From Antedon mediterranea (lineage: Eukaryota; Animalia; Echinodermata), in the NCBI RefSeq assembly GCF_964355755.1, contig NC_092680.1, positions 7,998,001 to 8,062,000 of the forward strand: a stretch of 64,000 bases of DNA, given 5' to 3'. Position 1 is the first letter of the stretch; each line of letters begins with the position of its first letter. This document shows, in pieces, positions 53,391 to 64,000 of the stretch. The notes beneath the pieces are model-generated. The model worked only from the letters and a program-made list of their open reading frames with translations, searched no databases and was not told the DNA's origin. The translations under genes were made by a program, and so were the position numbers.

Positions 53391-54890
53391 TTTGCCATAC
53401 TATAGAACTAAAAATGCATGGTACTGTACACTATACAATTTACAAAATCAACAGATCAAAGGGAAATTATATTAATTATTTAATATTTTGTTAATTTAAT
53501 TAGATAAAAACAATTTCTATTTCAATTATTTGTTGATATTTTAACATAAATAAATGCATATGGCCAAGTTACTAATTTATACCATATTAAATAAATTTTT
53601 ATTACTACATTACTTCTATCTACATAAACAATTTTTTATCAATTAACTTGATTTTGATACATTATATATCTTTCTCATTGATTTTTGTGAACACAAAACT
53701 AGAAAATGTATAATATTTAAAAAAATAGTTTTTGTATTAAAATACAACCAGATTTTTGACATGCGATCGTTGGAGTAATTGGTTGTTCACAAATCTTGAC
53801 ATGTGATAAAAAAAACACAAAGTAATTGGTTGTCTTGAAGGATTCTTTTTAGAAGCCTGTGGTCTTAGGACAGTTAATCAATGTTACTCAGTGATTAATC
53901 ACAGTAAGGTAGCTCCTGGGTATGCTTGTATCCGTGATTGTAGAAACTGCATCAGCGATGAAACCTGCAGTTGCGGATGCGTCTAAAACATTGAATCAAT
54001 AATTCACTCGCAAACCAATAATTATACAAGAAAATGGGAGATGGTTTAATTTTCATAGAAATAAACGTAGTTAGATATTATGGAAGAGGTTTCCAAGAAT
54101 AACCTGTGAAACTGAATGTTATGAAATTCGTGTTAATTACTCATCAGACAATACATGCATTGATTGTTGTTAAGTTTCCTTCAAAATGTTCAAAGAAAAT
54201 CATTCTTGAAAAATTGCAGTTAGGATTTTCCTCACATATTTGTGAGGATTTTATTCAATTTCATTTGCCACTTTGTCATCCAATTTACATTTTTTTTTAT
54301 GATGAATGAAAAAAAAATGTTTTTGTATCAAAACATTAATGTATGTAATTGTAATTGTAAATACAGCAAGCCTCCTTTGGGCACCCCTATTCAGGGAATA
54401 TCTCTATTGATATAGTATTAATATAGGATACTTTCATATATGAAAATTAAATTCATATGAAAATTCAAGCATTTTGTTGGATTTAGAAGGTGTGTCCTTA
54501 TGTAGATGCTAACATTTCCAAACCTGTTGTAAATATGGATTACTGAGGAAGAAATATTGTGAGGGAAGTCGGATTCAATGAGTTTCCTGTAAATTCTTTA
54601 GAAAAAGAAATTAGGTCAAATTTACAAGCATTTTAGATATACATAATCGATGAGTATTCACTACTGTTATGTAATCAGACTCTTCACTGTGCTTCAGTTA
54701 CTGTGTTTATTAAACAACATTATGTATCTAATTTAGTATAAAAATTAATAAAACTATATGTTAATTATGATGCAAAAGATCTTGTACAGTCTGATAAATA
54801 TTCTGTATAATGTGATATAATAGTTTAATACAATAACAAATTATGAATTATTATATATTTCCTCGTAGCTGATTAGACTGAAATATATAT

Positions 54891-55150
54891 AGTGCTGTTC
54901 CGCCATACCACGCCGAGAGTGTTAAAGAGTGGCTATCCAATCGAGTTTGAACAATACCATGAAAGCCCCAGTGGTCTAATGGTTAGGACATCTGCATATC
55001 AAGCAGGCGGTCGAGTTCGAGTCTCGGTTGGGGCGACTTTTTCACATTCTCACAGATTTCCTCATCTTTATCGTTTCAAATTAATTAATTAAATTTCAGT
55101 ATATCACCCGGCGGTTTAGAATTAATTTTCTTTGCCTGATGTGTTTATAT
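54891..55150 (+). mobile_element. Dispersed repeat with an internal tRNA-like cloverleaf (54965-55035), copy 2
   Basis: Acceptor stem gccccag/ttggggc, A box tggtctaatggtta, anticodon arm tctgc-atatcaa-gcagg, T arm tcgag-ttcgagt-ctcgg, then a T5 run. Flanked by (TA)n on both sides. Confidence 0.8.
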
Positions 55151-55499
55151 ATATTAAAGAGCTACAAATTGATGTGTGTGTATATATGTGTGTGTTATTA
55201 TTACTCGCCAAGTTGATGTTTAATTACTATTTTATGGTCGAAAAGCAATCTTCAAGATCAACTAATCAATTTAAGTCGGGTCTCGAACAGGCATGGTCCA
55301 ACCATTCACTAAAATTTGCGCCTTATTCAAGATTTGATGTTATTTTCAAGAGGGATCCAGCACCTACTGAGTTCCGTAAACAAGTAAACAATAATATGTT
55401 CAACCAAGGAAGATCTTATCCTTCCCTGATTTCTGAAAACTATATCGTGCTTAGAAATATTGGATATTTCCTTGAAAGCAAAAGTAATGATTGCTTTAA

Positions 55500-58400
55500 A
55501 GATGTATTGTCCCCCAAAAAATGAAAAATAAAGATGAAAAAAATCAAATTTTGAATAAACCGTTTTGTAGTTAACATAAAGTTATTCGCTTCCACCGAAA
55601 AAAAATCCGAAAAAAATATTGATTTCGCTTATAAAAAAATCAAAATAAGTTTACCATTTTTTGGAACTTATCGGCTCAGAAATTAGGCCGGTAGAGCTAA
55701 CTCATACATATGCATGATATGTTAATGAGCATCCACACAGCAGAGATCTGATCTAACAATGGACGATGCACGTTGTATGTACAACAACACCACCAGAGAG
55801 ATCGACGCGATTCGACTGTTTAGTGTTATGTGGGTTTCCCTGGCCTGATCGTATAAATATGTAAAGCTGAGCTGTTAATTTGTCGGTAAGTAGGCCTAGA
55901 CGGTTATTTTAAATATAATAATATATATAACGCAATAATAACAGGAAGGTAAATTAATTAACTTAGCCTGGGATTTTTTCAGTTCAGGGCTAGGCCTAGA
56001 ATAATTAATACATGCTGCTGCATATTACTAGGCTAGTAGCAAGCAGACTGTGACAATCGGGTACCTGCAGAAGATGCCCAGCTAGGCCCTATACATTGTA
56101 CTCTTCATAGACTGGCCTAGGCTATATGCCATCAATCTTAGCTACATTCCAAAAATACAGCCAGCTTGCTGTACCATATATATTTACAGTTGAAGCTTGT
56201 TTAATTTAACAAATTTTTATGATAAAAATAAAACAAACATTTTTCAGGGAAAATGGTTGCAATACAAGCCTGAAATTGAGAACCTTCCAGCAGCACTGTA
56301 CAAGTAGACAGAGGGAAAAAGCCAGCTTAGCCATTTTACAACACAAACAACAAATGTTCTCTGTACTGTAGTAAGTCAAATATTTATTTTCTCTTTTTAT
56401 AAGTTATAACATTATAAGTAATGTTTTAATTACCATAGAAAGGTAGTATACTTATTTGACTATGTCAAAGTAAGCAATTTCACTAGCCCAATTTTGCACC
56501 AAATATGCATGATCTATTTTTTCCAGATTTTCATACTTTGCTTTTACTTTTTTTAAAGACGTTGAGCTGATGAAGACTGGAACAGAGGTCACCCAAAGAC
56601 AACAATGATAGACTCGGTATTGGAATATGATTGGATATTGCAGGAAAAATATTTCTGACTCTCCTGCTGCATTCGGCCAATATGTTCTTTTCCAGCTTGT
56701 AAAATATTGTATAATTTTTTTTGTATTATATGTACAGTATATTATTTTGTAAACATAACATTCAATAAATAAAAAAAAACCTACTACAACAGTTCAGTAC
56801 ACAGGATAAATTCTTCAAATTTACTTACACTTCATAATTTTACTGTAAATATTACAGTTCAAAAGGAGTTAATAAAATATATATATACAGTATATCTTAT
56901 TGAATTCCTGTATTGTTTGTTGTGTCAATTTGTCTACTAATTATCAATGTGTTGATTAATGGCAGTAATTACGACAGCTATAGTCTTCTAAGATCGCTCA
57001 CATCCATTACAAAGTGTCATTTTAATAGTAAGAAACGTTTCAATAAATTGTGAATGTTGCCACTGTACGATACATTTTATGTTTCTCACTACTTGCTCTT
57101 ATTGTTCAATCAATCAACCTAAAAAAAAAAAGAAATTTGTGTCAAAATATCTGCATAAAATGTTTATTTGCGGAATGTTAATTTGAACCTATTGCATTTG
57201 ATACAGAAAATATTTTTTAAATATTGCATCAGTAAAACATCCAAAACAATATTCGCCGTGGTTAGGATTCCGGCACCGGAACTCAACTGCCAACCGTTAG
57301 GGAATCCGACACGCTATTGCGCATGCCCAGAGCGCCGGTAATCGGTGACTCAACAGCGATGGATCATTTCATAGCTCCGCCACGCGGCGAACTAGCGTAG
57401 ATGCCTACTAATAACGGGATCCACTAATAGTAAATACTAGGCTAGGCCTACCAGCTAGACGTGACCAGTGGGCCTATTTATTTTGTAATTAAAAAGTGGT
57501 TGCTTCATTCATATATAAACTTCATATAGGGCCTAATTATGAATTATATAATTACATGAGTTGACTAGTTTTATGATTTTTCAAGTACAAAATAAAAGAT
57601 TTCATATAACGCATTATAACTGTACATAACATGCAATCACAAGTTAATTTATTGACGGCAGCCACCGCGTGGATGTGAAAAAACTGTTCGGGAAGTCGGG
57701 GTCGCAACGCTAAATACAGCATTACGATTCTTACGGTAGATAGATATACCGATTCTTATTAATATCATAATTATTTTAACGCGTGGCGCCTGGCGTATTC
57801 GTATTTTAATTATTAATTCATGTATGGCCTAGGCCAAGTTTAATCCATCACTCTCTCGCTCGCGCAACGACTAACTAGGCTACAGTAAATCCTAACACTC
57901 CGACCCTCAGCAGTGGTAGTGTGGTGTGCAGTGTGGCACAAGCTATAATATTCACTTCCCAGAGCTCTGAGCATGCGCAATAGCGTGTCGGATTCCCTAA
58001 CGGTGGGCAGTTGAGTTCCGGTGCCAGAATCCTAACCACGGCGAACAATATTAAGATTTTCTTTTTTTTTTAATTTTCACTGCCGAATAGATAGTTGAAA
58101 TCTTTAAAAATTAAACCAATTCATCATGATTAAAACAAAAATACATCCCTTCTGGTGGTGGTCTACTGCAGCCCTAGCTAGCAGTGTACTGCCTAGGCCT
58201 ACTACACTCTACTTCTAGAGACAGAAGTAGGCAGCAGTTAGGCTACTCGAGACTGTCAGTGCTAGTACAGTAGTAGTAGTAGACTAGTAGTAGTAGTACA
58301 GTAGCAGCAAATTCGGGCCTAGGCCTAGCTAGGCCTCTCCTGTTAGCGAAACAAAAACTCACCTAAATGAATAAGATTCAACATCAAAGTTACCAACTGT

Positions 58401-58794
58401 AATTCTAACTTAGCATTCTGCTAGCTATAGTTTTCGTGTTTTCTTCAAGATTCGTCTCGCATCATCACTACTCGACTCTCTCGCACGCATGCATTGCTAT
58501 CGTTGTTGGCTGTTGATTTCGAAAGCATCATCATCCACATGATGTATCCATACAATATGAATATTTATGAGCTAACTCAGGTCAAGGGTTAAATTAAACC
58601 GGAACACATTTGTCTTCCAGACAAATAGCTTCCGGTTGGTTAATTTTTGCATTAAATTGCGATTTTCCCGTGTAAAAAATTATTTTTTTCAATCCAAATT
58701 GAGGTCAAAGTGAATAACTTTTATGTGCAATTAAAATGGCCTATTCAACAAAAATATTGAAAAAAAAATTTTTTTTCAGGGGGACAATACATCT
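55500..58794. mobile_element. Kolobok-like non-autonomous DNA transposon (about 3.3 kb) with nested MITE
   Basis: ttaa|agatgtattgtccccc ... gggggacaatacatct|ttaa gives a 16-bp TIR, TTAA TSD and 5'-AG terminus. Confidence 0.78.
57254..58043. mobile_element. MITE with about 80-bp TIRs and a 9-bp TSD (Mutator/MULE-like)
   Basis: cgccgtggttaggattccggcaccggaactcaactgcc... is inverted at about 57963-58043. The TSD aacaatatt lies at 57245-57253 and 58044-58052. Confidence 0.88.
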
Positions 58795-59513
58795 TTAATT
58801 AATACAATACATAATTGTGTAAATTGCCTAATTATTATTTAATGAAGCATAATTATGATTTAGAAATCAGTCGTGCAAAAATGTACTTCTAATAAACAGA
58901 CCATCCTTTACAGTGCAAGTCTACATTCGTCATTTTTCACTATAAAAGTGCTAGCAATAGGAATCCTTACAATTTCCTTGGATCACACATCATTTGATTA
59001 AGACAATAGGGTTGTTTCTATTGTTCCTGCTCTATTCAATCATTCAGACCTTTGCAATGGGTCACTATTTATCAACAAGACTCTGAAGGATTACATTGTT
59101 AATACTATTGAATAATATATGATTTATAGGCATAGCCACCATAGTACAAGAAGATTCTAAATCTAAAGGACAAATTAAACAGTAGTTGTATTTCACTGGG
59201 TGTATGTATACCGTATTGCTATTAATTGTATCATATACTATGATCAAGATTTGACTTTGACCCTTTGACAATCATGATTGTACAATTAGACTTGAAGTGT
59301 AAATCTACATTGGATTAAATATATTTGTATAAGGTAAGTCATGTTTCTGTGAAATATAGTACTTTTGTATACAATTTGGCAGGTACAGTATACTGTACAT
59401 CAAATGCTTGCCTTTTTACATAATTTCTGTTCAAAATTCAGTAGCATAAATTGTGTTCTTTTAAATTTTTTAAAATGATTTTATTTCTATTCTGAGAAAG
59501 AAAGAAAGCTGTT

Positions 59514-60120
59514 ACAACCGTTAATGTAGAAAACGCCAGCTAATGTCGAAACAACCGTTAATGTAGAACAATCCACCGCTTATGTAGTAAAACCTCCAGC
59601 TTATGTAGAAATACCAACAGCTGTACGTAAGAGAGGTGGTCCTGTAAAAGAGTCGTCACTGACGATTATGAGCAGCGGTCCCTTAATAGAGAGAAAGAGG
59701 TTGTGGTCCCTTAAAAGAGGTGGTCATTTACAAAAGGTGTGGTCGTTAAGAGAGAGGTGATCCCCTTACGAGAGATGGTCGATTATTAGAAGCGGTCCCT
59801 TAACATAGATGGTTACAATTACGATGTGTGGTCGTTTTAGAAAGTTGGTTGCTTACGAGAGGTGGAAAGACTGATAACTAAGTAAAGATCGATGCATTTG
59901 CACATGATTTAGACATTTTCTACATTAGCTGGCGATAGTAACTACATAAGCTGGGAGGCACTTTTCGTTACTACATAAGCTGATGACCGTTTCTACATTA
60001 GCGGGTGTTGATTTTTATTTACTACATAAGCTGTTGGCGTTTCTACATAAGCTGGAGGTTTTACTACATAAGCGGTGGATTGTTCTACATTAACGGTTGT
60101 TTCGACATTAGCTGGCGTTT
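59514..60120. mobile_element. Foldback/MITE built from repeated subterminal motifs
   Basis: aaacgccagctaatgtcgaaacaaccgttaatgtagaacaatccaccgcttatgtagtaaaacctccagcttatgtagaaa is exactly inverted at about 60040-60120. The interior holds degenerate gagaggtggtc repeats. Confidence 0.8.
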
Positions 60121-60702
60121 ATTTAATTTAGCTTTATTTTAATTCAAACATAACTGTATTTTACCTAAGACTAGAAACTTAAACGTTTTTGTTTTTTCCC
60201 ACCTTTCAACATTTGACATTCCTATGAAAATAGTTGATAGTATTTAAAAAATTTGTGTTTTTCCTGTACAACTTTATTTTAAGCATGATCACCCAAGCAA
60301 GCCCTTTATTTGTTTTTAATTTGTTATATAACATATTATAGATTATTAATAGACTACATAGTACAGTAAATACCGTCCTTAACTAGTCATTACTTATTTA
60401 TTACTGTCCATCTATTATGCTTTATTTCTGCATATTGTTCATTTTGTCATCAGATGTTGTTGTCACCAAGATGTCTACATGTTTTAGATTAATAAAGTCA
60501 CCATGGAAACAATAATATGTCATAATGATGATTGTGATGCAATGTTTAATATTTCAAAGTATACTTATTCCTGATCCTGGCCTAATAAATGTTGCAATAT
60601 TAAATTCCAACTTATAATCCATTTATTGGAGTTGACACAACAAGTCTTTGATTGAATTAATGTTTTAGTGTTCAATACAGTATGATGACCTAATAAAATA
60701 AT

Positions 60703-61014
60703 TTATCTCAAATGTTGTGTCGTGAATTCATTATTTTCAAGCTTTTGCATTGGAATGGTAGACAATAAGAGACATCGCTTGTGTCTCAATGCGAAATAAC
60801 CCATCACACACCTGTTAACTACCCTTCGCCTTGTTTTCTGTCCCATTGCGAAAGCCATCTCTGTTACAGTACCTACTGCTGTATAAAATGCTACATTAAA
60901 GCATGATCTGGAAAACTTCACTAATAAAATTGACATACATAAATCATGATAAAGATGCTGTATATTTCTGGATATCTTACTGGAGGCTGGTAAATCAGCA
61001 TCCAGGTTGAACAA
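60703..61014 (-). pseudogene. Probable decayed piggyBac-type transposase fragment
   Basis: HLYHD, YTAVGTV and KRCLLLSTIP recall the piggyBac DDD-domain motifs (HLYxDNF, ACGTVR, V.LLSTxH) in the correct order. The match is degenerate. Confidence 0.4.
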
Positions 61015-63295
61015 GTAGTCTAATAACCTAAATCCTACCTGATTGATCTAGATAATACAATAGGAAATATTTAATTCTGGGAAGCAATACATGTTAGCAC
61101 ATGCTTGAACGATTTTGTAACTTTGATAAAGTATGCAGAAATCGTTCTCCAAGATTATACATTTCATATCATTGCTTTGATGACTTTGTGGAATCATTCA
61201 TTCTGTTTGCCACTATTACAACTTTAAGGGATTTTTTTAAATAGTAGAAGTTCATTGTTTTATTCCATTTAAGATGGATGGTATACTGTACTTTGATTTT
61301 TATATTTAAGGTCAGTACTGTACTGTACTCACTGTAGGTAGGTGTTTTATAGAATTTAGGACATTACAGTAGACAAGATTATCCTTTTGTTAACAACACA
61401 TTATAATGTCTATTGCATAATCGATTACTAGTATTTAGTATTTAGCCTCATACGTTTGCTAGTACCTGAGCTACACATATAGACTTTAAAAGCTGAACGG
61501 AAACTGCGAGTCTCCAGCTTGTCGTGTGACCTAGTGCCAAGTTCAATACGTTTTCTGACTCGCACACGACATGGGGATTTTATGGTCCGTTGAGTATGCG
61601 TGAACTTATAAGTTTAGAGGTAATCGCACCAAGTATAGCAACACAGGAATAGTTGGCCAACACATAACTTTTTCTTTTCAATTCAGACCCGTCACTTTGT
61701 GGAGATACGATCTTTTCAGTAATTCACTTACTAGTTGTGCTCCTTAGGAGGTTTTATGTGTACAGTAGCAACAATGAAAGGGTGCATGATAAAGCATCCA
61801 AAATAATGAAAGTTTTTGAAGGCTTCTAAAATTTGAAAAAAGTTTTATTAATTATTTTAAATTATTTTTAAATTTGAACTTTGAAAGTAACTCACCCACA
61901 TAATGTCTGTCCAAAAATAAATTAAGTTACATGGTTCCATGCCAATATATAGGAATTCTGTACATAGTTTGCTAGAAGAAAAATTTGAAAAATAGGTGAG
62001 ATACTACATACAGGTAAATATTTATTATTAAATATTACATTATTTAAATTTAAAATAAATTTTATTTTAATGAACACTGTACAGTATCAGTGGCATTCAA
62101 CATGTTAGTGGTGCTAATATTATAGCAGCAGAAAATATATAATATTACTATAAATAAATTGCTTATAGTAAAAAAATGATTGCAAACAGACTTTTTATCA
62201 ATGTAAGTAAAACATTCAAAAGGCGCTGGTTTAAATAAAATACGGTAGGTTGTTGTTGTGGACAATTTCATTTCACTTTCTAACAGTCTCTTTCACCTAA
62301 AAGTGCTATCGTACTCGAAAGGCCAATTTACACAGACAAGTGGTAACAGTAAGAAAAACCGCGTAGCTTCTCCTATATAGAATACTGTATGTATGTATCT
62401 TGAGCGGAAACCACCCGTCCACTGTTGTGTTTAAATGGTCATTAGGAATAATTTAATAAATGAATCTATATTTTTATTATACCAGTATCTGTACCAATAT
62501 GTGTAGGTGTTTTTTTTATTATTCTAAAACGATTTCAGCATCAATTTATATTTCAGTTCATATTCTGTTATAATTATTACATATTTTAGTTTTAGTAAAA
62601 TAATTTTAATGTGACTTTTTTTTTTAATCTTATAGTATATTAATGTGATTTTGGTTAAAATTGATCATGGAAAGTACACAGCATGAGTCATTGGCATCAT
62701 ATACCTATGTTTATACTGTAAATAAAGAATGAGTAGTATAACAGTTGGAACAGATACATGTTACACTATTGTCATTTTTATGTACTATATTTTATAAGAA
62801 CAGATGTTTATGTTTTCAGTCATTAATCCAATTCTGGTAATAATAGATAGTTTGTCTTTATGGGCATTTTTCAAAAGTATATTTTTTGTTGTTTTGTTTT
62901 CTATTACAGTTTGGTGGTTTACAAAGATCACGTTGCAACCTAATTTTTTATGAAAATAAAGGACATTATTGTCCACAGAGCGATGTAAATGTTTGTTACC
63001 AGTCAGTGACCCAATTGTATTAGCAGCTAAAAATTGCTAATGCCATCGAGGATGTTTTAAGATCATCTTCTTTGTGTGGATCTTTCTACATACTGCACGT
63101 ACATACATTGTTTTATCATGTTTGTATAATACAAACTTATGATAGTTAACTATAGGCTAAAGTTAACTTTGCAGATAACTGAATAACAACCAAACAACTA
63201 TCGATCAATCAATATTAATAATGTGTTTTTTTGTGGGTTTTTGCTAATGACTCAATAGGCCCTATTCTCACTCAATAGGAAATAACCATATCCAA

Positions 63296-63381
63296 ACTTT
63301 ATGACTTATAATAATTGTAGAGTTACATTTGTATATATACTTTATGACTTATAATAATTGTAGAGTTACATTTGTATATAT
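63296..63381. repeat. Tandem duplication, 2 x 43 bp, followed by (TA)n, poly-T and poly-G
   Basis: actttatgacttataataattgtagagttacatttgtatatat occurs twice. Confidence 0.9.
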
Positions 63382-64000
63382 ATATATTTTTTTTCGGGGG
63401 GGGGGGGGGGGGGGTCTAAACTAGGCAGCAGATTTGCTTTAGAAAAATATTACACCTCATAAATTAACTCGAAGTGATGATGAAACTTCCATCCTTTTAT
63501 TTCCAACTGTACTGTAGGTATAAGAAAATTTAATCATGCGTGTCTTAACTTGCCAAGATTACCGTACATACAGTACACCTTGCTTCAGATGCAAATCCAA
63601 TGTACAGTATTGAGTATGAACATGCAGAATATAAATAATTCATCAATGGTGTAAAATTGTGGTATACTACTGTATATAACATTCATTAGTTATTTTCTTG
63701 CTATTCTAACATAAATTGCCTGTAAAGTGTCAGGTAGTACAGTATGATGCATTACATGAATTACTAACTTTCTTTTGCAAAAACATTTCATATAAACATG
63801 GAATATTGATAATGTACCATAGTAGTAGTTTCAATTGCCAATTATTGTTTTAAAAGATCCCCAACGTTGGTTTCGATGAGGAACAAAACATTTCCCAAAC
63901 AATCCCATTTTAGTATTCTTTGTGAGATGTATTGTAATATGGTGAAAAAGTGACATCATTGAGTGAGATTAAAATTAGTGTTATAATATTATTACACATA

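Noticed and set aside
53204-53494. ORFs with GTNAQ / TLCIS repeats
   Set aside because: They result from a 15-bp tandem repeat and lack convincing splice context.
55132-55524. 130-aa ORF
   Set aside because: It spans the junctions of a tRNA-like repeat, a probable LINE tail and a Kolobok-like TIR, so it is a chance open frame.
63396-63414. Poly-G run as a functional G-quadruplex
   Set aside because: It is a simple homopolymer next to poly-T and (TA)n, prone to slippage or sequencing error, with no other support.

Overview
This is AT-rich, intron-rich eukaryotic DNA, most likely from an invertebrate deuterostome such as an echinoderm. That taxon call is inferred only from gene and repeat content. 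Reading splice sites by hand gives three complete multi-exon genes. (1) An SLC16/MCT-type MFS transporter (minus, 715-6605). (2) A type I membrane receptor with a signal peptide, two SRCR domains, one EGF domain, a TM helix and a tyrosine-rich tail containing an ITAM-like motif (minus, 12866-18867). (3) AGPAT5 (plus, 20940-24892). At 29308-29436 lies the first coding exon of a PDE7 phosphodiesterase, resembling the PDE7A1 N-terminus with its RRGAIS PKA-pseudosubstrate motif; everything after it appears to be one intron of more than 34 kb. The non-coding DNA is crowded with often nested mobile elements: a Helitron holding a young CR1/L2-group LINE, Helentron-type elements, Kolobok-like TTAA elements, hAT/MULE/PIF-type MITEs with target-site duplications, RTE fragments, tRNA-derived repeats and a probable piggyBac remnant. 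I found no CRISPR, rRNA or prokaryotic-type system. The most interesting candidates are the ITAM-like SRCR-EGF receptor, a dispersed repeat with an internal tRNA-like cloverleaf (ATC anticodon) that may be circularly permuted, and a TSD-flanked duplication bracketing PDE7 exon 1. All calls were made by eye, without database searches.
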